Shown here in pieces: positions 39,801-51,269 of a stretch of 64,000 bases of DNA. The stretch spans positions 21,762,001 to 21,826,000 of the forward strand of contig NC_047030.1 in NCBI RefSeq assembly GCF_902652985.1, given 5' to 3'. This DNA comes from Pecten maximus. Its lineage: Eukaryota. The translations under genes and the position numbers were made by a program. The notes beneath the pieces are model-generated. The model searched no databases. It saw only the letters and a list, made by a program, of their open reading frames with translations, and was not told the origin of the DNA. The first letter of the stretch is position 1. The number at the start of each line of letters is the position of its first letter.

Positions 39801-42800
39801 CAATGATGAAGGAAAGTTATCCCTGTCTTAGTGAACAAGATGCTGACTCTTTCCTCGTTACTGAGGCTGTGCTATTGTCTTCTGGTCATACTAAAAGCAT
39901 TCAGTGATTATACAGGCATTCACATTTACATTTAAAACTTGGGCTATGTCTGGTGTTCACATCTGCTCAAAAATTTGCTAGTCACATTGGACAAATTTAT
40001 TTGAATAATTTATATACAAGACAATGACTGTTCTATTGTGCAGCCATTTTATCACCAAGTAGCAGTATTTTATTGAGTAAATTGATTTTTCTGTTGCACG
40101 ATCTGTATATAGTACTATGTGCCAGTATTTTATACTGAGAAATTTCAGACTTAGTGAATTTATATCTTATAATTTTACAGGTGGATAATTAATGTGAATT
40201 TCTCCTGTCTATTTATTTCACAGGAGGTGGAAGACGTGGGCCTGGTTCACAGGGTGGCCCTCCCGGAGGTGCTGATGGCTGGGCCACAGTTGGTGGGAGA
40301 CAGCCACCTGTCCGAATCAACGCAGAACGTCAAACTATTGATCCATCAAGGCTAAAACTTTCTCGGGTAAGGAAAATGGGAGGAAAAAAATCATAAAGAA
40401 TATGCATTAATTGCCCAATGATTTCCCTCCAGGTAAATGACTGAAGAAAATAACTTTTAAGTAACTGTGTTTTTTGCTCTGAACATTCACTAGCCAACTA
40501 CAAAGAGCAGAAGAAATGTGATGAGTTCATATTCTCTAGTGTACATTCATATAAAGACTTAATATACTTGTCTAATCAACATCAATTTGTGTCAACAGCA
40601 AAATGTGGATGAAAGTGTACAGCTTGGTCCTGGTGGTGGTGCTGGAAGGTTCGCTGGATGGCAGAGGGGAAGCACAGGTGGAGGAGCTAGAGCTTCTCAA
40701 GAGGCCGAACGTTCGTCCAATGCACCAAGCAACAGGTAACTACTGCAAAGGGTTTTCGTATAATGGAAAGATACAAATTTCAGAACTCTGTAGAGATAAT
40801 GTTGGATGATTTTTCACCTGGTAACACTAATAAAGCTGTATGTTGAATTTAAAGCTCAGTTTTGTGACTAAAACCAATGATGAAGAAAAGTTATCCCTGT
40901 CTCAGTTAACAATGCCGACACTTTTCTAATTACTGAGGTTTTTTCAGTCGCATTTGAGATAAATTCAAGAAATTTAGCATTGAAACATCAGTAAACCTGT
41001 TGTTATTCAAAATAATAGTAAAGTAGTAATTAGGATTTTCAAAATAATAGCATAGTAGTAATTAGGAGCAAAAATGGATGTTATCTAAAATATATTTGAT
41101 AAACTATCCTGGGTACTATTGGGGTTCAATCAGACTACTTTGACAACACTACTATATAGATATTCTTGGAGGCAGTTAAAGAATAAAATACATAATTCAG
41201 ATTGTTTTCCTGAGAAAGCAACCCAATATCTCGCCCAGACTCCCATTTAACCCACTTTCAATCGTAAAGATTGCTCCAGGGGGCCAGGGTGGTCGAGTGG
41301 TTAAGGTGTCCCGACACTTTATCACTAGCCCTCCACCTCTGGGTCGCAAGTTTGAAACCCACGTTGGGCAGTTGACTGGTACTGACTATAGGCCGGTGGT
41401 TTTTCTACGGGTACTCTGGCTCTCCTCCACCTCCAAAACCTTCCTTAAATGACCCTGGCTGTTATTAGAACATTTAACAAAATTATTCTGTTTAAAAACT
41501 AAAGTGAAATATAATTAAATTCCCTGGTTTATGTTTGACTGTCATAGCCTATGATGAAGAAAAGTTATCCCTGTCTCAGTTTACAAGATGCCGACTCTTT
41601 CCTCGTTACTGAGGCTTCATCAGTCTTATAACAAAATCAGGGAATCCTGCTATGGCAAATACACAGTGTAAGTGAGTGGAGTAGTTAGAAATTCTTAATT
41701 CATAAATTCTTATAGTTTGAAAATTTATTGCTAGAATCCTACTCTACCTGGAAATTCATACAGAAAACCAATAAACCACTGGTTTGTGAAACTCCATGTG
41801 AAACTCCATGCTTGCAAAATGCGAGCATTTCTTTTCTGGAATCCATGCAACCAAACCCGACTCCAACCAACTGCATCATGCAATATTGCTTCCTTTAAAA
41901 GTATGAGATAAAATATTAATGTTTATGTGGATTTAGTTTCTATACAATACCCTGATGAAAGCCAATGATGAAGAAAAGTTATCCCTGTCTTAGTTTACAA
42001 GATGCCGACTCTTTCCTCGTTACTGAGGCTTCATCAGTTCTATGATAATTACAGGGAATCCTGCTATGGGAATTATACGGTGTAATCGAGTGAAGTAGCT
42101 AGAAATTCTCAAATCATAAATTCTTACAGTTTGAAAATTTATTGCTAGAGTCCTATTCTGCCTTGAACCTCGAATAGAAATCAATAAACCACTGGTTTGT
42201 GATAACTCGCTCTGTTTGCGAAATATGAGCATTTCTTTTCTGGAATACATGCAGTCAAACCCAACTCAAACCAACTGCATCATGCAATATTGCTTCCTAA
42301 TTTAAACATTTCATTTAAAAAGACCATATAAGATATTAATGTTTCTGTGTATTCAGTTTCTATACAATAATACCCTGATGAAAGCCAATGATGAAGAAAA
42401 GTTATCCCTGTCTCAGTGTACAAGATGCCGACTCTTTCCTCGTTACTGAGGCTTCATCAGTTCTGTGATAATTAGGGGGAATCCTGCTATGGGAATTATA
42501 CGGTGTAATCGAGTGAAGTAGCTAGAAATTCTCAAATCATAAATTCTTACACTACAGTTTTGAAATTTATTGCCAGAGTCCTGTTCTGCCTTGAACCTCG
42601 AATAGAAATCAATAAACCACTGGTTTAACTCTTTTTGCGAAATATGAGCATTTCTTTTCTGGAATCGATGTGAAGTATGAGAATTTCCTTTCAGAAATCC
42701 ATGCAAACAAACCCAGCTCGAACTAACTGTCGTGCAATATTGCTTCCTTTAAAAATATGAGATGAAATGTTAATGTTTCTGTGTATTTAGTTTCTATACA

Positions 42801-45800
42801 ATACCCTGATGAAAGCCAATGATGAAGAAAAGTTATCCCTGTCTTAGTTTACAAGATGCCAACTCTTTCCTCGTTACTGAGGCTTCATCAGTTCTATGAT
42901 AATTAGGGGGAATCCTGCTATGGGAATTATACGGTGTAATCGAGTGAAGTAGCTAGAAATTCTCAAATCATAAATTCTTACAGTTTTGAAATTTATTGCC
43001 AGAGTCCTGTTCTGCCTTGAACCTCAGTAGAAATCAATAAACCACTGGTTTAACTCTTTGCGAAATTTGAGCGTTTCTTTTCTGGAATCGATGTGAAGTA
43101 TGAGAATTTCCTTTCAGAAATCCATGCAAACAAACCCAGCTCGAACTAACTGTCGTGCAATATTGCTTCCTTTAAAAATATGAGATGAAATGTTAATGTT
43201 TCTGTGTATTTAGTTTCTATACAATACCCTGATGAAAGCCAATGATGAAGAAAAGTTATCCCTGTCTTAGTTTACAAGATGCCGACTCTTTCCTCGTTAC
43301 TGAGGCTTCATCAGACTTTGTTAATACTATCATGATCTGGATATGACTAAGTATAACTGCTTATTTAACAATTTAGATATTATAAAATCCAACTAATATT
43401 TTTATGATATTTATTCAAGTTGGCATTAGCAGTAAATCATATGAAAAAGCCAATAAATGTTTAAAATATTTTCATAAAAAATACTCTTTATTCTTCCCCA
43501 GCATTGATGTAATAAGCTATGAGAAATATAATATAATTAAGAATAATAAAACACATTTCTGAGCTTTTTCTCACTGGTTTGGGAAGGGTCTTTTTTGTCT
43601 CATTTTGGGAAGAAAATTGGTGAATTGGGAAAGACTTTTTCAGGAGTAAACTCCAAAATTTAGGAATTAGGCTTAAATATGAGTGCGAGATGAGTGTAAA
43701 TGATATAAAGATGCACAGAATAAAAGTTATTATTGAGGCAGTTGTGTTAAATATACAACAGAAATAATGTGAAAGTCTTTGATCTAGAAACAAGGAAATA
43801 TTAAGTGTCCAACACCATTCAAGAATTTACAGTTTTGTGATTAGACTACTGGAATGTAAGATTAATATTGATATGTCAGTTTATTATAGCTATTGCAATT
43901 TTTTGCAAAGCTTACAAGATACATATAAAGTCTTTTATTTCAAGATGTTAGGCTAGTGGTATTGTATATATCTTTTAAATTACGAAAGGCGACATATCAA
44001 ATACAAATTGTAAATACTGATGGGCAACAGATGAAATACAGAACATGTCCTGACTGAAGCCAATGATGAAGAAAAGTTATCCCTGTCTCAGTGTACAAGA
44101 TGCCGACTCTTTCCTCGTTACTGAGGCTTCAGTCTTTGTTAATACTAAACATGGTCTTGATCGACCAGAAATCCATTTTCCCTATGTTGTGTATAGATAC
44201 TAGAAAAGAAATCTGAATCTTGAGATTTTTTTATGTATGTTCTGCCTTGATTTAAGTCTTCAGATATTTTGAAGTATGTTCTGTCTTAACTTTGCCTAAA
44301 CATAATTTTGATGAATTGTAAATATTTGCTACATTCAATATAACATATTTTAGCTTCAGATGTTGGTTTAGTGAAATAACATATTACCTTACTAAATAAT
44401 GAAGGATGGAACATCTGATAAAACATCATGAAAGTCTGACTGAAGCCAATGATGAAGAAAAGTTATCCCTGTCTTAGTTTACAAGATGCCGACTCTTTCC
44501 TCGTTACTGAGGCTTCGTCAGTCTTTGTTAATACTAAACATGGTGTAGATAAAACTAGATAAAACTTTTCTGTGGTAGATATTGAATTTCATAATTAAGG
44601 TCATGATTTTCTTTTGTTTTCTTTTAGAAATTTTGATTTTTCTTTTAATTTTGAAATTAAGGTACTTTAATTTCAAATTTTTCAATAAGATTTACGTGTC
44701 TATAGAATTTCACAATTTGTGTGGCAGGTTTTCAGCATTGAGCCGATCGGAAGACGAGAGCAGAAGTCGTCTTGGTGCAAGTCCCAACAGAGTAAGACAA
44801 CAGCCTGGAAGCTTTGGTCGTCCAAACAGGGTAACGCCACGATCATCACAGGAACAGGAGAGGGAGAAGGCACTCGCTGCAGCAAGGTAACAAATTCAAT
44901 CATGTGTAAACATTTGTTTCGATAGTGATGTAATGTCACATATTCAGAATTCAAAATTTACTGAAGAAATTTGCAGTTAACCAAACAAATGTTTCAGATG
45001 CTTTTAAACCAGGGATCATTTTACTGATGAACAAATTTTCATTTTACAGGAGCATAATTGGTGGTCAAACCACTCCAAAAGAAGGCCCTAGTCGGGAAAG
45101 CAGTCGAAGCCGTGAAGTACGCGAGGAGAAGAAAGAACCAGCACCAGTGGCTCCCCCTGCCCCTGTCAAGGAGCTGGGCCAGGAGGAGATGGAAAAGAAA
45201 ACGATCTCCATAGTGGACGAGTTCCTTCATATACAAGACATGAACGTATGTGTATTTGTATGCAAAAGTGATTAATTTCTAAATTAGGTTTTCAATTGAA
45301 ACTCTTAAAGCTGACTGAAGCCGATTATGAAAATCTGTCTCAGTTTACAAGATGCTGACACTTTCCTCGTTGCTGAGGCCTATCAGTTACTGGTTAACGT
45401 CTACAATGTAGTTTTTATGTTGAATTATTTCAATAATCGGGTAATGAAACAAAGGTATCGTAAATGTTCTTAAGTAAAATAGATAGTTGGTCACTTAACA
45501 CAAAAGTATGCAATGTAATCTGCACTCAATACTGAAAAAAAGTTGCATTTTTGTTTCTTTTGCAGGAAGCTGTTATGTGTGTAGAGGAATTAAATTCCCC
45601 ATCAACGCTACATTTGTTTGTGAGTTCTGCCCTAAACCATGTCCTAGAGAGATCGGAAGTTGCTCGTCGGCAAACTGGACTGCTTCTCCATGACTTGGTC
45701 AGGAAAGGATCTGTTCCGGTGGCAGTTTACATTAATGGGTAAATGTTTTCATATTTCTCAAAAATTGGATGTAGTAACAATAGAAAAATGTACCTGTTCC

Positions 45801-48750
45801 TTTAAAAAGAATGACTTCTCCAGTAAAACAGCTAGAAACAATCCATTTAACTTTTTTTCGCTTTATTTACAGGCTACATGAAATCCTTCAGTATGCAGAG
45901 GATATGGAAATAGACATTCCAAAGATCTGGCAGTATTTTGGAGAACTAATTGGACCTATGATTCAAGATGGCAGTGTTCCATTTAGTTTCCTTAAAGATG
46001 CCATTGAGCCTCTTAAAGCCAGCCACAAAGCTTGTGTTCTAATTGCTGCAATCCTACATGATGCCAGTAAACGAGAGGTAAGATATAAGTGGTGTTAAAG
46101 TATATACAATTAATCTTTGAAATGATCAAAATCAATTTAAACACATTGTTTTCTGTAAAACATACTTGAAGACAAATTATTTTGTATTAGATATACGAAG
46201 ACTTCAGTTAAGTTCTTAGCAAATCTTCACATTGTAAACACATTGTTCTCTGTAAAAACACTACTTGAAGACAAATTATTTGTATTGGATATACGAAAAC
46301 TTCAGTTAAGTTCTTAGCGAATCTTCACATTGTAGTGAGCAAATATGCTCTGATTGGTCAAATGTTTCTGAACTGAAGTTGAAACAAATCTCACAGAATT
46401 CTAATAAGGTCAGATGTTTCTTTGAAATAAACATGCACAAATTGGTTTCACTTCACTGGCAATATACTGATAATCAAAATGAAGCCCCAGTTTACAACTG
46501 AATTGATGAATACTCGTCTCTACTTTCAGGGACACAAGAAAATTGCATCCATTTGGAAGAGCTCTGGTTTAAAATGGAGTGACTTCATGCCAGCTGAAGA
46601 AGTGAAAACCTTCCTGAGTACCAATGTAAGTATTTGTGCTGTTCGAATCGATGATCACCAATATTTATATCCACCGCAACAGGGGGGGGGGTTACACTGG
46701 AAGCAGGTTATCCATTTCGTTCTGTCACAGGATTTTCTCCAGTTAATCTACAATTTTCATGAAATCTTGCTGGTAAACATTCCTCAGAATCTTGGATATG
46801 ATTGTTCAGTGACTTCTGAATCTAAAACCTATATTGCACTTCAGAAATAACATTGCGGTTAAGAAAGTCCCCAAAATGGAATATATTGGTGGAAACCTAG
46901 TATTTGCTAATCAATTAGAAGTTATGGAAAGTATTTAACCAATAAGTTAGAAGTTATTGAAAGTTTTTACCTATCAATTATAATTGAAAGTATTTACCCA
47001 ATTAGTTTTAGTTAGAAGTTATGGAAAATATTAACCAACCAAATAGAAGTTATGAAAGTATTTACCAAACAGTTAGAAGTTAGAGAAAGTATTTACTAAT
47101 CAATAATGGGGAAATGTGATATGACAATCATTAAGTTTTTCAATCAACTATAAGTGCACGATATTGTGTGTTATAACCTGATTTTATTTCATTTTAAAAT
47201 AATGACATTTTATTGCAGAGTTTGGATTTCACCGAGCCAGATGGCAGCCAGCCTACCACCCCCACTATAGCAATGCCCCTGGAGAGTATACAGGAAAACC
47301 TGGACATGCTCTTACAGGAGAAAAAGTCTACTAATGAGGATATCTTTGATTGGATTGAGGTCAGTATATAACACAGGGACACTACATAATGTTAACACCA
47401 TTGAGATGCAACCTAGCAATAGATTGAGTCATGTAGGTGATAAACTAGTAACTAAAATCTATGTATTGAACTTATTTTGATGGAGTAATATGATGAGATA
47501 TTAAACATTAATTTATCTTTATTTACAGACAAATTTGGATGACCCAATCACGAAATCAAAGCGTTTTATCCGTGTGCTGATGACAGCAGTGTGTTCATGT
47601 GCAATTACAGGTGAGGCTCAAGTTTGCGTTTTCTTCGCTAAACTAAGTTTGATAATCTTTCTTTTCAAAATAATTGTTTGTGCACATCTTGAGGTAGCTA
47701 CAAAGTTGCACAAAAAATAGACTGCCTTTTGTAGCATTCCTTAAAAACATTCTAGTATATTTGCTGTGATGCCGGATATTTTTGTTCATAAAAGTTCAAA
47801 TCCTTAAGTACAATAATGCTTGAAAAAAGGTGGAGTCATACATACATACATATCATAAAAAATCGGTAACATGATATCTACATGAATGATTTACCTTGAG
47901 TTCCATAATTTAGAGATCAAATTAAAAATGCTCATGCCAGTGACATTGTTTTGATTGGTTTGCAGGTCGTGGAAGCAGTGCTCGCGTGGAGCCTCGTGAT
48001 GTCATTAACCGTGGTGCATTATTACAGAAGTACCTTGATCATCAGGCCGAGTTCGAGTTACAAGCACTTTATGCTCTTCAATCACTAGTCCACAAACTTG
48101 AGCATCCGCCAGGTCAGTTATCTAATACAAGGGAAACTTGAAAACGATTTTCCTATAGTATCAATTATTGTTTGACGCTTAATCTTATTACATTACATTA
48201 ACTTGAGGCGGATTTTCAGAGCTCTGCATCCTTATGAGAAATATTTCTGAATTTGAATATTCCTGTGTAACTGATGACTTCTGATGATTGTGTGTTAACT
48301 TGAATAAAAAAAGTTCAGATGTATTACTTCAGACAAATGTATGTTGACTTATTAAAAAGACAAGCACTTAAAAAGTATTACTTCTAATAGATATAATATC
48401 ATAATCTTTGTTTTCAAACTAGGCCAGCCCTTTGAAAGGAACTAGATTAAGCTGTATGGGTTTTGTTGGGGTCATATTCTCTACAAGATCTCGATGATAT
48501 TTATATATGGTAAGGGCACATTGAGGGGTTTCTTTAATATTGATTAAAACAAAATTTGTCTTTATTTGCAGGTGTACTACGGACATTGTTTGATACACTT
48601 TATGATGAGGACATAATATCTGAAGATGCGTTTAACCAATGGGAAAAGAGTGAGGATCCCGCTGAGCAGGAAGGCAAGGGAGTGGCTATGCGTCAAGTTG
48701 TCCAGTTCTTCACGTGGCTACGAGAGGCTGAGGAGACTAGTGATAGCTGA
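24804..48750 (+). CDS. EIF4G: Eukaryotic translation initiation factor 4 gamma (eIF4G1/3-type), ~1682 aa, 29 coding exons
   Basis: Phase-consistent GT-AG exon chain totalling 5049 nt: 24804-24880, 27835-27866, 28028-28104, 28569-28742, 29154-29333, 29896-30282, 30790-31656, 32376-32649, 33752-33885, 34750-34896, 35673-35867, 36358-36495, 36688-36747, 37060-37203, 37757-37836, 38173-38329, 38608-38712, 39517-39679, 40224-40366, 40599-40735, 44728-44886, 45050-45245, 45566-45738, 45873-46077, 46530-46625, 47219-47359, 47529-47610, 47966-48112, 48572-48750. Motifs: PABP-binding [22 protein letters not shown]; eIF4E-binding YDRDFLL; MIF4G ([48 protein letters not shown]); MA3; W2 ending [14 protein letters not shown]. 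The first three exons are the least certain. Confidence 0.96.
24881..27834 (+). other. U12-type (minor spliceosome) GT-AG intron of eIF4G
   Basis: 5' site GTATCCTTT; branch site TTCCTTAAC at 27817-27825 ending 9 nt before the 3' end (AG 27833-27834); splicing preserves the reading frame. Confidence 0.85.
29575..29721. mobile_element. MITE fragment; related copy on the opposite strand at ~43558-43680
   Basis: Shared core TTTCCC(G/A)ATTCACCAATTTTCTTCCCAAAATGA. Confidence 0.55.
34201..34572. mobile_element. Non-autonomous DNA transposon with 5-bp TSD
   Basis: TIR TAGGGTTAGCACGG / CCGTATGAACCCTG; subterminal GCCTTGA repeats; AGTGG on both flanks (34196-34200, 34573-34577). Confidence 0.75.
39799..39868 (+). 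ncRNA. snR38: Box C/D snoRNA copy 1 (snR38/SNORD1-like), alone in intron 39680-40223
   Basis: C box ATGATGA 39803; guide AGTTATCCCTGT plus D' CTTA; C' ATGCTGA; guide TTTCCTCGTTA plus D box CTGA 39861-39864; terminal stem. Confidence 0.85.
40873..40940 (+). ncRNA. snR38: Box C/D snoRNA copy 2 (D' guide intact, D guide degenerate)
   Basis: ATGATGA 40877; AGTTATCCCTGT-CTCA; D guide changed to CTTTTCTAATTA; CTGA 40933-40936; stem AAAACC/GGTTTT. Confidence 0.75.
41281..41480 (+). mobile_element. tRNA-derived SINE (V-domain-like core) between snoRNA copies 2 and 3
   Basis: A box GGTCGAGTGG; B box GTTTGAAACC; core GGTTTTTCTACGGGTACTCTGGCTCTCCTCC; homologous to 57126-57343. Confidence 0.85.
41547..41616 (+). 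ncRNA. snR38: Box C/D snoRNA copy 3
   Basis: ATGATGA 41551; both guides intact; CTGA 41609-41612; stem AGCC/GGCT. Confidence 0.85.
41961..42030 (+). ncRNA. snR38: Box C/D snoRNA copy 4
   Basis: ATGATGA 41965; both guides; CTGA 42023-42026; stem CTGATGAAAGCC/GGCTTCATCAG. Confidence 0.85.
42384..42453 (+). ncRNA. snR38: Box C/D snoRNA copy 5
   Basis: ATGATGA 42388; both guides; CTGA 42446-42449; same long stem as copy 4. Confidence 0.85.
42815..42884 (+). ncRNA. snR38: Box C/D snoRNA copy 6
   Basis: ATGATGA 42819; both guides; C' variant ATGCCAA; CTGA 42877-42880. Confidence 0.8.
43238..43307 (+). ncRNA. snR38: Box C/D snoRNA copy 7
   Basis: ATGATGA 43242; both guides; CTGA 43300-43303. Confidence 0.85.
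44059..44128 (+). ncRNA. snR38: Box C/D snoRNA copy 8
   Basis: ATGATGA 44063; both guides; CTGA 44121-44124; perfect 10-bp stem GACTGAAGCC/GGCTTCAGTC. Confidence 0.85.
44445..44514 (+). ncRNA. snR38: Box C/D snoRNA copy 9
   Basis: ATGATGA 44449; both guides; CTGA 44507-44510; terminal stem. Confidence 0.85.
45320..45380 (+). pseudogene. Degenerate snoRNA copy 10 (C box ATTATGA, 28S guide deleted, D guide kept) in intron 45246-45565
   Basis: GACTGAAGCCGATTATGAAAATCTGTCTCAGTTTACAAGATGCTGACACTTTCCTCGTTGCTGAGGC aligns to the other copies with an internal deletion. Confidence 0.7.
46139..46334. repeat. ~98-bp local tandem duplication
   Basis: AAACACATTGTT..AATCTTCACATTGTA occurs twice. Confidence 0.85.
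46910..47105. repeat. Degenerate ~32-bp minisatellite
   Basis: TTAGAAGTTATGGAAAGTATTTA recurs about six times. Confidence 0.75.
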
Positions 48751-50700
48751 GGATAGTTTCTATAGGCATTTAGTTAATACAGATGGGGGTTATTTATTTC
48801 TGATTTAGGGGAATAATTACAAACTACAGAGAAAAAATTGAATGTTGGTAGAAGTATGAAATATTTTGTACTTGACCGAAGATTGGTGTCAAGCTGCTCA
48901 CATATTTTTCTTTACTTCTATATATATTATGCAACAAGCATGTGACTGGTATGTTGCATACTAAAACCTGTGAATATGTGGATACAAGAGAATTTTGTTG
49001 ATATCCGAGGCTTTGGTCAACAGGATCTACTGTCTTATTTCTAGACAATTTTTGTATTATATACCCTTTGGGATATGCTATATCCCACATGTTTTTTTTT
49101 TCTGCATATATGATGTAAACATTTATGAAGAAAAATATGTTCTTCATTTGTTGAGAATGTCGAGATATTAAATGAAACCAGGCCAATTTTTTGTTTATGC
49201 ACAAATGGGAGAGTGTGGAGAATGAGTAGCATGCATGTGTGTTGTGCTTGTTGGTTGAGTCGGCTGTTTTGGCCATTGCGTAAATGACAACAGATTGTGA
49301 TTTAAAAATTGGTGCAAGTGATTATAGTAATACAAATTATGTTTCTCATCATTAACGTGATGGTTTTATAAACAAAAAAATATACTATTTATGATGTTGC
49401 ATCATGTATTACATGATAAATATTATAGTGTTCAGTAATGAAATCTTGTCATGTTTGGGTGACTGTCATTGGATGTTTGGAACATGAATGAAGTTTTAAT
49501 GGGATATCCATTAATTTGAACGTAAACCGTTCCCCATCATTTCAGTATTAGCATTCTATACTGATCAGTAACATTTTGTCAAGGTTTAAAGTGAATCTGC
49601 ATTATTTTTTTTTATTTTTTTTCCTTTTTTTTTCATATTCATACACCAATATCTTGATGATTATGAAACACAACCTGTAAATATCTTGTGTCAGCCTTTC
49701 ACAAACGTATGTGAAAACAGTGCATATGTACTGTGTTAATTAAATCTGCCACATGGTGCTACTAGGTAAGCTTACTGTGCTATTTCATAAATATGGAAAA
49801 CCAGAGCCAAGAAAAAAAATGTTCAACGCTCAGTATAATGTATATTTCCAGTTGTCTGCCCTTCGTTTTCCAGACTTCATGCCCACACAAAATATGATGT
49901 TTTGAAAGGCTCTATTGTTGCAATTATCAGGCACTTAATTTCATATCATTTTAATTTATTGATGTCCAGTACTTGAATTGATTATTTGAAAACCTGATTC
50001 AGCATGAATGCATATTACTGATTGTGATCATTGCATAGAGACCCCAAGTAAATATTCCTGTATTTCTTTACATTGCAATAAACAGTCCTAGGCTTCACTA
50101 ATGATATGTACCTACAGATAATTTTATACATATGAATGTGCGAATGTTGGCATATTTTGTTTGTTATTGTGTGGTTGAGGAAAGCAAGCATTTTGATTTG
50201 GTCACTGATTATATCTGTATAAAAGATGCCATTTAGATGAAAAGTTTAAACAACCTTAATGAGTCTGTACTACCTTCATGCCTTAAATTTTGTTCATATA
50301 TGCTTGAAGTGTGGGCGTTTAAATTAATGAGGAAATGGGATAAATCATTGACCATAGCACTAAAAACAATTAAGAGGAATCTATGACACGGGAATGTTGG
50401 ATAGAACATGCTAAATTGGAAATTAATGGCAAATATTTTCAAAAAATATTTTGTCTTCTGGAATGAAGAGTTTTGAAGATATTTCTTGATGTTCTTAATT
50501 GCTATATTCTCTGACAGTCTAAATGGGCATGTTACCTCTTGTGCTGGGGACCCCCACCCTTGCATCCCAAACCCAATACTTGTTACAGTGATACAAAACC
50601 ACTACTACACAATCCAAGAGGTGGTTTTTCATTACAAAAAAAAAAAAAGATGAAAGGGGGTTGTAATGTAAATAAAATCTTCGAAGAAATTTAAATTAAG
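48751..50700 (+). terminator. eIF4G 3' UTR with candidate poly(A) signals
   Basis: AATAAA at ~50077 and ~50672; the second is followed by GT-rich GTGTATTGTTGTTTGTTG at ~50700. Confidence 0.5.
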
Positions 50701-51269
50701 GTGTATTGTTGTTTGTTGAGTAATATCTTGGAAATGGACAATTTATTGTCTTGCCTGTGATGACTTTTATCATGAAGATGGTGTTACTTTTCAACTGGGG
50801 TCAACGTCAACATTTCACTTAAAAATTTTGTTGCCCAAAAGGTGCAACTTGAATACCTGGTAGTTAAATCACATGGACATCTCCACACAGCCTTTATTAG
50901 CTCGCCTTGTCCGAAGGACCAAGGTGAGCTTAAGCCATACTGTGGCGTCTTTCGTTCGTCAACATTACCTTGTGAGCACGATAATTTGAGTAAATATCGA
51001 CCAAGCTTGATGAAACTTTGTATGCAGTGGTATATGACAAGATCTGATAAGTTCGAAATTGGAAATTATTCCGACATTAACTTGCAAATTTACTGCCCTT
51101 TGTAATAATACAATATTATGTATTAGTGGACGTTGTGAACACGATAAATTGAGTCTGGAACATTATTTAGAAAAGGGGACTTGACGTATAAACGGAGAAA
51201 CTTGTACTGACAAAGCGAGACGGGCCAGGCACAGGCGGCCATCTTGGATTTTCACTTTTCACAATTGAA

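Larger units (their letters stand above)
41530..43320 (+). repeat. Tandem repeat of ~414-431 bp, each unit carrying one snoRNA
   Basis: C boxes at 41551, 41965, 42388, 42819 and 43242 with homologous spacers. Confidence 0.92.

Noticed and set aside
41281-41612. SINE Pol III promoter ~70 nt upstream of snoRNA copy 3 driving the array
   Set aside because: The B box is mutated and a T run inside the SINE (~41400) should terminate Pol III before the snoRNA.
41530-44520. Repeat-spacer pattern resembling a CRISPR array
   Set aside because: Eukaryotic intron, spacers are long and homologous to each other, no cas genes; the repeat is a C/D snoRNA.
48271-48335. TGATGA motifs suggesting a SNORD66-like RNA
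   Set aside because: No matching D box, terminal stem or rRNA antisense element.
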